Source of the DNA: an uncultured Lachnospiraceae bacterium
GTDB taxonomy: Bacteria > Bacillota > Clostridia > UBA1381
NCBI GenBank assembly: GCA_964530315.1
Contig: CAZGZZ010000003.1
Span: 6,033 to 70,032, forward strand
Reading direction: 5' to 3'
Length of the DNA: 64,000 nucleotides
The position numbers were made by a program, and so were the translations under genes. Under the pieces are notes generated by a model. That model was given only the letters and a program-made list of their open reading frames with translations. It made no database searches and had not been told where the DNA came from. Positions 1-8,871 of the stretch are shown here, piece after piece; the stretch's first letter is position 1, and each line of letters starts with the position of its first letter.

Positions 1-1
1 T

Positions 2-331
2 TATAACAGCGGTCCTTGTGAATTTTTGGGATTGATAAAAAATGCAACCGTTGTCTGTACCGATTCATTCCACGGAACAGCATTTTCTTCAATATTCAAT
101 GTGCCGTTTTGGGCATTTACAAGGGAAAGTGAATCATCAAATTTGAAAAATATGGAATCACGAATAGTCAGTTTGCAGAAAAAAATGGGAATGTCTGACA
201 GATTGATAGAAAATTTGACGGCGGATATGCCGCTCGAATATGATTTTACATATACAAATACCCAAATAAAGAAAGAACAGGAAATGTTTGTGTCTTTTAT
301 AAGGACTTCTTTTGAATTGCAGGAGAAATGA
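2..331 (+). CDS. polysaccharide pyruvyl transferase family protein, C-terminal fragment (5' end outside window)
   Basis: The frame is open from the window edge to TGA at 329-331. The core VVCTDSFHGTAFSSIFNVPFWAF resembles the conserved S-F-H-G region of CsaB/WcaK-type pyruvyl transferases. It is followed 4 nt later by an FrhB-like Fe-S gene, a frequent partner. Confidence 0.6.
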   Translation, partial: YNSGPCEFLGLIKNATVVCTDSFHGTAFSSIFNVPFWAFTRESESSNLKNMESRIVSLQKKMGMSDRLIENLTADMPLEYDFTYTNTQIKKEQEMFVSFIRTSFELQEK

Positions 332-334
332 GAA

Positions 335-1510
335 ATGGTAGATGTAAATCAAAAAAAGTGCACGGGGTGTGGAGCTTGTTACAATATATGTCCCGTTCGG
401 TGTATAGAAATGAAAGAAAATGATGAGGGTTTTTTATATCCTGTGATAAAAGGAAAAAATTGCATTAATTGCAATGCCTGCGAAAAAGTATGTCCTCTTG
501 AAAAAAAGCAAGTTTGTGAAATGGAATTTTACGGTGTTGTGAATAAGGCTGATATTCCGCAAAGCAGTTCTTCAACGGGTTTGGCATATAAAATGGCAAA
601 AGCGGTGATTGAAAACGGAGGAACTGTTTTCGGTGCAGTATTCAATGATGATTGTGAAGTTGTTCACAAATCGGTAAACAGCCTTGAAGCAGTTGAAAGC
701 TTGAGTGGATCAAAATATATTCAAAGTAATATGCAAAAAAACTTTAACGAGGTGAAAACTGCATTGGAGCAGGAAAAAATGACACTTTTTGTCGGTACAC
801 CTTGTCAGGTTGCAGGACTTTTGTCATTTCTCGGAAAGAAATATGAAAATCTTTATACCGTGGATTTCATTTGTCACGGAGTTCCGTCTCCCAAGGTGTG
901 GAGATACTATTTGAAAAATATAAGAGAAAAATATAGGTTGGGAAAAATCAAAAGCATTAATTTTCGAGACAGAAAATACGGATGGGCAAATTACGGTTTA
1001 AGTATAAATGGTGATGAAAATGAGTATTTTGCTTTGAGAACCGATGATTTGTATGAAACTGCTTTTTCGAGAAATATTACATTGAGAAAATCGTGCTATT
1101 TATGTGATTTTAAAGATAAAAACAGGTACAGCGACATTATGCTCGGTGATTTTTGGGGAGGAGTCGAACATTCAAGGGTATTTAATAGTAACGGAACATC
1201 GATTGTTTCTGTGAATACGAAGCAAGGAAAAAAATTATTTGAAATGGTATTCGATGAAATTGATTATGAAAAAGTGAATGTGGCAGAATACTTTAAATAT
1301 CACAACAGAGCAATGGTTACTTCTGTAAAGCATACCAATATTCGCAGTAAATTTTTTGATGAATTTGCTGAAAATCCGGACAAGGTAGAGATGCTCCTCG
1401 GTAAATACATAAAAAAGACAAATTTGCCGTTAAAAATAGCACAAATTCGGGGGAAGTTAGCAAGAGGAAAAAGAAAAATATTAAAAATGTTCAAGTGTGT
1501 GAAAGGATAA
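335..1510 (+). CDS. 2x[4Fe-4S] ferredoxin domain fused to coenzyme F420 hydrogenase/dehydrogenase beta-subunit (FrhB)-like domain
   Basis: Two CxxCxxCxxxCP motifs are present (CTGCGACYNICP, CINCNACEKVCP). The remainder resembles FrhB/FdhB-like proteins found next to pyruvyl transferases in polysaccharide loci. AGGAGA Shine-Dalgarno upstream. Confidence 0.7.
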   Translation: MVDVNQKKCTGCGACYNICPVRCIEMKENDEGFLYPVIKGKNCINCNACEKVCPLEKKQVCEMEFYGVVNKADIPQSSSSTGLAYKMAKAVIENGGTVFGAVFNDDCEVVHKSVNSLEAVESLSGSKYIQSNMQKNFNEVKTALEQEKMTLFVGTPCQVAGLLSFLGKKYENLYTVDFICHGVPSPKVWRYYLKNIREKYRLGKIKSINFRDRKYGWANYGLSINGDENEYFALRTDDLYETAFSRNITLRKSCYLCDFKDKNRYSDIMLGDFWGGVEHSRVFNSNGTSIVSVNTKQGKKLFEMVFDEIDYEKVNVAEYFKYHNRAMVTSVKHTNIRSKFFDEFAENPDKVEMLLGKYIKKTNLPLKIAQIRGKLARGKRKILKMFKCVKG

Positions 1511-1513
1511 AAA

Positions 1514-2959
1514 ATGGAGAAAAAAAGTGAGTCAAGACTTTATTTTATAAAAACATTTATAGGATTTTCCTTATCTTCATGGATAGGTGCGGCTTTAAGT
1601 CTCGTATCCGTACCTATTAAAACAAGAGTTTTCACTACGGGTGAGCTTGGCAAAATTAATTTGTTTATATCGATAGTAAATATGTTTTTGAATTTTGCAT
1701 ATTTGGGAATAGATCAGACATATTCGAGATTTTATTTTGAGCCGCTCGGAAAAAATGATAAAAAAAGCTTTATGGGTGTTTGCCTTACAATGGTCGGAGG
1801 GGTTGTGCTGCTGACATCGATAGGAATTATGCTTTTTTACAAGCAACTGTCGGAGCAGATAATAGGATATGTGTCGTTTATAATTCCCATTGCCGTTATT
1901 TTGTCGATTATAGCAAATGTCCTCTTGAGATTTTTTAATTTATCGGCACGAATGGAAAAAAATATTTTGTTATATAATGTTCAGGCTGTAGCAATAACGG
2001 TTATAGGAAATTTTGTTTTTGTGATTACCGGGTTATATAATCCTTCGGCAGAAAATGCAATTGTTTTGAGAACATTGCTTTTTTGTGCGGCGGCAGTTAT
2101 CTTCTTGATATATAAATCAAAAACCGCTCTTTCATTTAAAATGGATTGCAGTAAACCTGTTGTAAAGGATATACTTATATATTCACTTCCGCTTTGTCCC
2201 GCAACACTTTTATCGGTAGCAAACAGTTCTATAGGTCAGTTGCTTATGAAACATTATGTTGATTACAGTGCTGTGGGTATATATTCTAATGCAGTGACGG
2301 TATCATCGATTATAACGATTTTACAGCAGGGGATCAACAACTATTGGGGACCGTATGTTTATGAAAATTACAAAACAAAGCAAAAGAAAATTATAAAGAT
2401 GCATCATATGATATCATTTGCAATGATTATTGCGGCTTTGGGCATAATTCTTTTCCAAGATTTGATATATGCGGTATTAATAGGAAAAAATTTCTGGGGA
2501 AGTAAAGCATTTTTTCCGTTACTGATAATATCTCCTGTTTGTTACACAATATCCGAAACATTGGGAATCGGAATAAGATTATCAAAAAAGACAATTTTAA
2601 ATATTCCGGTATATGCGATAAATGTAATTGTCAACATAGGTCTTTGCTGGTTGTTGTTGCCGAGAGTCGGCGTGGTCGGTGCGGCAGTTGCAACAGCTGT
2701 GTCAAGTGTTGTAATGCTTATTGTTAAAAGTATTTTCGGTGAGCGTTTATATTGCTGCTCCGACAATTATTTAAAGCTTGCATTGGCACTTGGAACTTTG
2801 CTTGCGGTGTCATTTGTTCACATCTACGTATATCAGCATTGGATAAAATATCCGTTGTATTTAACAGCTATGGCAATAACTGTTTTATGTTACAGAAATG
2901 AAGTTAAGATGTTGTTTTTATTATTGGACGATTTCAAGAAAAAATTAATTAAGAGGTAA
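1514..2959 (+). CDS. Wzx-type oligosaccharide flippase (MOP/PST family polysaccharide biosynthesis protein)
   Basis: 481-aa polytopic membrane protein with about 12-14 hydrophobic segments. Its position inside a polysaccharide locus and tight spacing to neighbours support the call. Confidence 0.75.
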   Translation: MEKKSESRLYFIKTFIGFSLSSWIGAALSLVSVPIKTRVFTTGELGKINLFISIVNMFLNFAYLGIDQTYSRFYFEPLGKNDKKSFMGVCLTMVGGVVLLTSIGIMLFYKQLSEQIIGYVSFIIPIAVILSIIANVLLRFFNLSARMEKNILLYNVQAVAITVIGNFVFVITGLYNPSAENAIVLRTLLFCAAAVIFLIYKSKTALSFKMDCSKPVVKDILIYSLPLCPATLLSVANSSIGQLLMKHYVDYSAVGIYSNAVTVSSIITILQQGINNYWGPYVYENYKTKQKKIIKMHHMISFAMIIAALGIILFQDLIYAVLIGKNFWGSKAFFPLLIISPVCYTISETLGIGIRLSKKTILNIPVYAINVIVNIGLCWLLLPRVGVVGAAVATAVSSVVMLIVKSIFGERLYCCSDNYLKLALALGTLLAVSFVHIYVYQHWIKYPLYLTAMAITVLCYRNEVKMLFLLLDDFKKKLIKR

Positions 2960-2963
2960 AAAA

Positions 2964-4169
2964 ATGAATAATATTATTTTTATTTCAAAAGATGCCACAA
3001 ATAAACACATTTTGCCCGTATATGGAAATTCTTATTGGAAAACGCCCAATATAGATGCTCTTGCTGAAAAAGGAACGGTTTTCAATCGGCATTATACAGC
3101 CGGAGCGAGTACGGCAATGGCGTTTACGGCAATGGCAATAGAAAATTATTGCTATACAACTGACAGGCGTGTCTATAAGGATGAAAAGGCTATTAACGGC
3201 AATACATTATTTGATAAGCTGTATCGTGACGGATATGAGTGTCATATAGCTTGGGATGAGTCATATACGGAGTTTGCAAAAAGTCATTTCAGGTGTGAGG
3301 GAGAAAATACTGTAATCCATAGTTTGCAAAAAATCAAACAACCTGTTTCAAAACACACAAAAGGCGTTTTTGATGATATAACACCAAATGATGAACAAAC
3401 CCGTGAGGCGTTGGACACAATAAGGAATGAATTTGAACTTATTAAGAAAAATGCCACAAAAAGTATTTTCTTGTGGTTGCATTTACCTCATGTTATGAGA
3501 GGCAGACAAGGTTATGGCTCGGATATTGATGTTTTTGATGAGATAGTCGGAATGGCAAGAGAAATATACGGAGATGAATGTATATTTGTATCAGCCGACC
3601 ACGGTCATATGAATGGTTGGAAAAATAAATATCATTACGGTTATGATGTTGAAGAAGAAGCAATTTGTATTCCGTTGATAACACCTCGTATCAATGATTC
3701 CGAAACAATCGATTTTCCGACATCAACAATTCAAATGTATGATATTTTATCAAAGAAGAATGTCAAACCCTTGGAGTATGTCGTATCGGAAACAGCGTAT
3801 TACGCACAACCTAAAAGAAAAATTGCAATCGTAATGGGTAATTACAAATATAGCTATGACAAAGAAGTAAACAAAGAATATCTCTATGACTTATCGTTTG
3901 ATAAGGAAGAAAACCATAATTTGGTATATCCCGAATTTTATGATGTTGATAGATTTTTGTGGTATTCGACTGCACAGTGTTTTTATTATCCCTATTGGAA
4001 AGAAGCACAGGAAATGCTTGAAAAATTGCGTGGAGTAAAAAAAGAAATCTGGAAGAACGGAACCTTCATTGAAGAGGTATCAAATAAGATATTACATAAA
4101 TTAAAAACAACCTATTTACGCATCAAACTTGCCAATCCCGGCAATGACATAAAAAACAGCGGAAAGTGA
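2964..4169 (+). CDS. sulfatase / alkaline-phosphatase-superfamily protein, soluble
   Basis: The ...IFVSADHGHMNGW... motif is typical of the sulfatase/phosphotransferase fold. No TM segment or signal peptide is visible. It lies directly upstream of tagD. Confidence 0.6.
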   Translation: MNNIIFISKDATNKHILPVYGNSYWKTPNIDALAEKGTVFNRHYTAGASTAMAFTAMAIENYCYTTDRRVYKDEKAINGNTLFDKLYRDGYECHIAWDESYTEFAKSHFRCEGENTVIHSLQKIKQPVSKHTKGVFDDITPNDEQTREALDTIRNEFELIKKNATKSIFLWLHLPHVMRGRQGYGSDIDVFDEIVGMAREIYGDECIFVSADHGHMNGWKNKYHYGYDVEEEAICIPLITPRINDSETIDFPTSTIQMYDILSKKNVKPLEYVVSETAYYAQPKRKIAIVMGNYKYSYDKEVNKEYLYDLSFDKEENHNLVYPEFYDVDRFLWYSTAQCFYYPYWKEAQEMLEKLRGVKKEIWKNGTFIEEVSNKILHKLKTTYLRIKLANPGNDIKNSGK

Positions 4170-4180
4170 GGAAATAAAAA

Positions 4181-4579
4181 ATGAAAAGAGTAATTACATA
4201 CGGAACATTTGATTTGTTACATTACGGACATATTAATTTGCTCAAAAGAGCAAAGGCATTGGGAGATTATCTCATTGTCGTAATTTCAACAGATGACTTT
4301 AATTGGAATGAGAAAAACAAAAAATGTTATTTCAGCTATGAGCAAAGAAAAGCATTGGTAGAAGCGGTCAGATATGTTGATTTGGTAATTCCGGAGGAAT
4401 CTTGGGAACAAAAGAGAACGGATATGCATGAATACCATATTGATACATTTGTAATGGGCGATGATTGGAAAGGTAAATTTGACTTCCTAAAGGAAGAGGG
4501 GGTAGAGGTTGTATATTTACCGAGAACACCCGAAATCAGTTCGACACAAATTAAAAATGATTTGAACGCAAAAAAGTAA
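4181..4579 (+). CDS. tagD: glycerol-3-phosphate cytidylyltransferase
   Basis: MKRVITYGTFDLLHYGHINLLKRAKALGDYLIV carries the HxGH cytidylyltransferase signature. The 132-aa length is typical of TagD/TarD. Confidence 0.92.
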   Translation: MKRVITYGTFDLLHYGHINLLKRAKALGDYLIVVISTDDFNWNEKNKKCYFSYEQRKALVEAVRYVDLVIPEESWEQKRTDMHEYHIDTFVMGDDWKGKFDFLKEEGVEVVYLPRTPEISSTQIKNDLNAKK

Positions 4580-4600
4580 TAAGAAGATAAGGATGTCGTT

Positions 4601-5845
4601 ATGGAAAATTTCAAATATGTTTTGTATCTTTTCACCTGTGCCGCAAATGGGAAGCCTGCGGAAAGGGTCAAAGATATTAACATTCGGGAAATATTTAATA
4701 TTTCGGCAAAGCACGGGATTTGGAGTATAGTGTTTATTGCGGTAAAACAGTTATACAAAAAGGATAATACAGTATTCGGTTTGAATGATGAGTTATTCAA
4801 AAAATTGGATACAGCGTTTGCAAAGACTGTTTCCAAAAATGTTATCAAGTGGAGCAGGTTGCCGGGAATTTTGAACGAAATATCCGATGTCGATATTGAT
4901 GTTTGCTTGTTAAAAGGTTTGACGCTCGGGATTTTGTATAATGAGCCGTATTCCCGTTCAACAACCGATGTTGATTTGCTTGTAGGCAGTGAAGACGAAG
5001 AGAAGGTTTGCAAAATTCTTGAAACAAAAGGATTTAATATAAAACATAAATGGGAGGGGTCGCACCACACAAAATGTACACGAACAGATGTCGGATTGAT
5101 TGAACTACATACACAACTGTATGACAAAGAGGTTCAAAGCTTGTGGTTTGAAATGAATTCGGAACACAGTTTTAAATATGATGACTTTGAATTTGACGGC
5201 TTGCGATGTAAACAATTAAATGCGACAGACGGGTTGATTTTCAATTTTCTTCATTTTGTCAAACACTATATTTCGGGACTTGTAACAGTAAAACAACTGA
5301 TGGATGTTATGCTTTATATAAAAAATTATAAATCCGATATAGATTTTGACAAGTTTTATGATATAATATCTTCATTGAATTATTTCAAATTGTATAAGAC
5401 ATTCAAGTGTGTGGCTGTGAAATATCTCGGTTTTACACCGGAGGAACTGAATGAAGATTATGCGCTGTCCGATTACAGCGATGATGCGGAATTGATTTTG
5501 GAGGATATGTACAAGTATGCAGGAACGGAAAAGGGAAGCATATATCATATATACACCCAAAATCTGAAAAATAAAAAAACAAGTATTCCGCTGCCAAAAG
5601 AGATTTTCGGCAATAAAATAAATAAAATATTCCGCTTACTGTGGGCGGATAAAAGACGAATGGTGGAACTGTACGGAGAGGCATACGAAAAAAAATATTT
5701 GAAACCGTTTTATCAAGTTCACAGGATATTTGTAAGGATATTTAACATAAAAAAAGTGTTAAATAAAAAAAGCGTTGCACAAACAAATGAATTGACAGAA
5801 GCAAAAGAACGCATAAGTCTGTTTGAAAAATTAGATGTTATATAA
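4601..5845 (+). CDS. uncharacterised nucleotidyltransferase family protein (NTP_transf_5-like)
   Basis: 414-aa ORF with the acidic motif TTDVDLLV, typical of the pol-beta-like uncharacterised nucleotidyltransferase family seen in polysaccharide and peptide-maturation loci. Confidence 0.55.
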   Translation: MENFKYVLYLFTCAANGKPAERVKDINIREIFNISAKHGIWSIVFIAVKQLYKKDNTVFGLNDELFKKLDTAFAKTVSKNVIKWSRLPGILNEISDVDIDVCLLKGLTLGILYNEPYSRSTTDVDLLVGSEDEEKVCKILETKGFNIKHKWEGSHHTKCTRTDVGLIELHTQLYDKEVQSLWFEMNSEHSFKYDDFEFDGLRCKQLNATDGLIFNFLHFVKHYISGLVTVKQLMDVMLYIKNYKSDIDFDKFYDIISSLNYFKLYKTFKCVAVKYLGFTPEELNEDYALSDYSDDAELILEDMYKYAGTEKGSIYHIYTQNLKNKKTSIPLPKEIFGNKINKIFRLLWADKRRMVELYGEAYEKKYLKPFYQVHRIFVRIFNIKKVLNKKSVAQTNELTEAKERISLFEKLDVI

Positions 5846-5858
5846 AGGAGAGATAGTT

Positions 5859-7184
5859 ATGTTTAATGAATTATTTGACAAGTTGGTTAAAGGTGAGGAA
5901 AAGTTGTCGGTTGTCGGTTTGGGATATGTCGGAATGCCGATTGCGGTTGCTTTTGCAAAAAAGATTGATGTTATAGGCTTTGATGTAAACAAAGAAAAGG
6001 TCAAGCTTTATAAGCAGGGATTTGACCCGACAAATGAAGTCGGTGATGAAGCAATAAAGACGACAAAAGTTAATTTTACATATGATGAAAATGAACTCAA
6101 ATCAGCAAAATTCCATATTGTGGCTGTTCCGACACCTGTTAATACGGACAAAACTCCGGACCTCTCGCCTGTTGTCGGTGCATCAACGCTTTTGGGCAGA
6201 AATTTGACAAAAGGTTCTGTTGTTGTTTATGAGTCAACGGTATATCCGGGCGTTACCGAAGATGTTTGCGTGCCAATTTTGGAAAAGGAATCGGGATTAA
6301 AATGCGGAGTTGATTTCAAAATCGGTTACTCACCCGAAAGAATTAACCCGGGTGATAAGGTACATAGATTGGAAAATATAAAGAAAATTGTTTCTGGTTG
6401 TGATGACGAAACTCTTGAGCTTATCGCAAAGGTTTATGAATTGGTTATCGAGGTCGGAGTGCACAGAGCATCAACAATAAAGGTTGCGGAAGCGGCAAAG
6501 GTTGTTGAAAATTCGCAAAGAGATATCAATATTGCTTTTATGAATGAGCTTGCGATGGCATTTGACAAAATGGGAATAGATACGAGTGAAGTTGTTGATG
6601 CGATGAATACAAAATGGAATGCATTAGGCTTCAGACCCGGTCTTGTAGGCGGACACTGTATAGGCGTTGATCCTTATTATTTCATCTATGAGGCTGAAAA
6701 ATTGGGATATCACAGCCAAATTATTGCTGCAGGCAGAAAGATAAATGACGGAATGGGAGAATTTGTTGCGGAAGCAACAATAAAAGAGCTTGTTAAGGCT
6801 GGTAAAGCTCCGAAGAAAACAAATGTTGTCATTATGGGTATGACATTCAAGGAAAATTGCCCCGATACAAGAAATTCAAAGGTTATGGATATCATAAAAG
6901 GATTGCAAAATTATGATATTAAGCCTATTGTTGTTGACCCTTGGGCAGATAAGAACGAGGCAAAGAGAGAATATAACATTGATTTGGCTGATATGGATGA
7001 TATCAAGGATGTTGACTGCTTCATTTTCGCAGTGTCACATAATGAGTTCAAAGATATGACTATCGAAAAAATCGATAAATTTTATAAAAATACCGACAAC
7101 AAAGAAAAGGTTTTGATTGATGTAAAGGGCATATTCGACAGAAAAGAAGTTGAAAAGTGCAATTACGCATATTGGAGATTGTAA
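5859..7184 (+). CDS. UDP-N-acetyl-hexosamine 6-dehydrogenase (TviB/WbpO/CapL-like nucleotide-sugar dehydrogenase)
   Basis: Rossmann motif VVGLGYVGMP and catalytic Cys motif GGHCIGVDP are present. I chose the ATG at 5859, preceded by AAAGGAGAG, over the track start at 5835. Confidence 0.85.
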   Translation: MFNELFDKLVKGEEKLSVVGLGYVGMPIAVAFAKKIDVIGFDVNKEKVKLYKQGFDPTNEVGDEAIKTTKVNFTYDENELKSAKFHIVAVPTPVNTDKTPDLSPVVGASTLLGRNLTKGSVVVYESTVYPGVTEDVCVPILEKESGLKCGVDFKIGYSPERINPGDKVHRLENIKKIVSGCDDETLELIAKVYELVIEVGVHRASTIKVAEAAKVVENSQRDINIAFMNELAMAFDKMGIDTSEVVDAMNTKWNALGFRPGLVGGHCIGVDPYYFIYEAEKLGYHSQIIAAGRKINDGMGEFVAEATIKELVKAGKAPKKTNVVIMGMTFKENCPDTRNSKVMDIIKGLQNYDIKPIVVDPWADKNEAKREYNIDLADMDDIKDVDCFIFAVSHNEFKDMTIEKIDKFYKNTDNKEKVLIDVKGIFDRKEVEKCNYAYWRL

Positions 7185-7210
7185 TTTGTTTAAAATACAA
7201 TAAAAAGTAA

Positions 7211-7254
7211 AGACCGAATATACAGCTTGTAAGAACTGTATATTCGGTCTTTTT
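7211..7254 (+). terminator. rho-independent terminator ending the polysaccharide operon
   Basis: 15-bp perfect stem AGACCGAATATACAG / CTGTATATTCGGTCT with a 10-nt loop, followed by TTTT. Confidence 0.85.
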
Positions 7255-7290
7255 GTGGTTGAAAAATTATATAAAACTTTAAAGAATATA

Positions 7291-7319
7291 TTGACATATT
7301 GTTAAAAATACAATATACT
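7291..7319 (+). promoter_or_regulatory. sigma-A-type promoter
   Basis: TTGACA, 17-nt spacer, TATACT. Confidence 0.6.
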
Positions 7320-8025
7320 TATGGTATAAATACCAATATCGTAACGACAATGATTTATTGTATGAAAGAAAGGATTAACTTTTCGGAAAACAGTGATGAA
7401 ACAAAAGTAAAAAATTCCCAAAATTGGTGGCTTCGAACTCCGATTACGCAAGGTTTTATTGAAGACGAAGCATATGAAATAAGAATTGTTGACTATTTTG
7501 GTGATGTGAGCCGTGCATTCTTGGATGAACCTTATGGGGTTCGTCCGGCTTTTAATCATACGGAAGCTGTCCTCTTTACATCTGCCGCAGACGGAAAGAA
7601 AACGGACAATGTCGGCAAAATTTTAGAAAATACTGAATACACGGATAATGAATAAAGATAAAGCATTAAAAGATGTGAAAACAATTTCGGTTACATCTAT
7701 GATATACGAAAAAACATTTACAGAAATCGGTCTTGATACAGCCGTTGCTGACAGTATAAAAGCATTTTTGTGGACTGATATGAAAAACTTAATGTACAGA
7801 TATGCCAAATTAATGGAATACGATATTTCCATAGGAGAGAATACGAACATTCTTTCCTACACGGATTTTGACGAAATATCGGAATATGCAATCGAGGCTG
7901 TGCAGTATGCGGTTGGCAGTGGCATAGTGGAGGGAAAAACCGAAGACACATTAAAGCCGAAAGATAATGCAACAAGAGCGGAGACAGCCGCAATTATTAA
8001 AAGATTTATTGAGAGTAATAAATAA
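7299..8025 (+). pseudogene. decayed paralog of the downstream LRR/SLH surface protein (frameshifted and internally deleted)
   Basis: Two ORFs in different frames (7299-7655 and 7648-8025). The first keeps a DUF6273-like core (NWWLRTP...GVRPAFNH..LFTSAADGK). The second keeps a C-terminal SLH module. Region 7786-8025 is clearly homologous to 13135-13368, including a 29-nt perfect run at 7864-7892 = 13207-13235. No signal peptide. Confidence 0.65.
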
Positions 8026-8070
8026 AACAATCAAATTATAACAAAATACCGGCAACACAGGAGGACAAAA

Positions 8071-8787
8071 ATGCAGGAACAAAACAACACAACAAGAAAA
8101 AGAACTAAGGAAATGACAACACAAAAAATACTGCGTACAAGCGTAAAGATGTTTTTGGAGGATGGCTACAACAGCACAAAGGTTACATCCATAATAAAGG
8201 AAGCCGGGTGCAGTATTTCATCATTTCAAAATATTTTCGGGACAAAGGACGGTCTTTTGCTCACACTTGCCGAAATTATGTTCAACAACCAATTTGAAGT
8301 GGCAAGATGCATAGACGGAAAGAGTATCAAGCCTGTTTTGGTATATGCTGTGGAAACATCAATACAGCTGACACTGACAGAGCTTAACGAAAGCTTGCGA
8401 GAGGTGTATGTTGCGGCGTACTCGAACGAAGCGGCGGCAGAATTTTTATATAAAAAAACTGCCGTTGAGCTTGAAAAAATCTTTTCTCCCTACAATCCCG
8501 ATTGCGACGGAAGCGATTTTTATGAGTATGATATAGGCTCTGCCGGGATTATGCGAGGGTTTATGTCAAGGAAGTGCGACCAATATTTTACATTGGAAAA
8601 GAAAATCAAAAAATTTCTAACTATGACACTTCGCTCATATAATGTACCGAAAGACGAAATCGATGAGGCGATTGCTTTTGTCCTTTCCCTTGATATTCGC
8701 ACTATTTCGGCAGGAATTATGCACAAGCTTTTTGAAATGCTTGCAATGAAATTTAATTTTGAGCTTGACGAAATTGAAAAAAATTAA
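8071..8787 (+). CDS. TetR/AcrR family transcriptional regulator
   Basis: The N-terminal HTH pattern KILRTSVKMFLEDGYNSTKVTSIIKEAGCSISSFQNIFGTKDGLL is typical of TetR_N. GGAGGA RBS. Confidence 0.8.
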   Translation: MQEQNNTTRKRTKEMTTQKILRTSVKMFLEDGYNSTKVTSIIKEAGCSISSFQNIFGTKDGLLLTLAEIMFNNQFEVARCIDGKSIKPVLVYAVETSIQLTLTELNESLREVYVAAYSNEAAAEFLYKKTAVELEKIFSPYNPDCDGSDFYEYDIGSAGIMRGFMSRKCDQYFTLEKKIKKFLTMTLRSYNVPKDEIDEAIAFVLSLDIRTISAGIMHKLFEMLAMKFNFELDEIEKN

Positions 8788-8795
8788 ATTTTTTC

Positions 8796-8814
8796 AAAGG
8801 GGATATCCCCTTTT
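8796..8814 (+). terminator. short palindromic hairpin after the TetR gene (weak terminator)
   Basis: AAAGGGGATATCCCCTTTT is a perfect palindrome followed by only a short T run. Confidence 0.4.
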
Positions 8815-8871
8815 ACATACTGTAAAAACAAAATCCACATTAAATATGCAAATGAAAGAGAGGATAATTTA

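Noticed and set aside
7786-8025. Diversity-generating retroelement template/variable repeat pair (7786-8025 versus 13135-13368)
   Set aside because: Mismatches between the two copies involve all four bases rather than being confined to adenines of one copy. No reverse transcriptase or accessory gene is present. This is ordinary paralog divergence.
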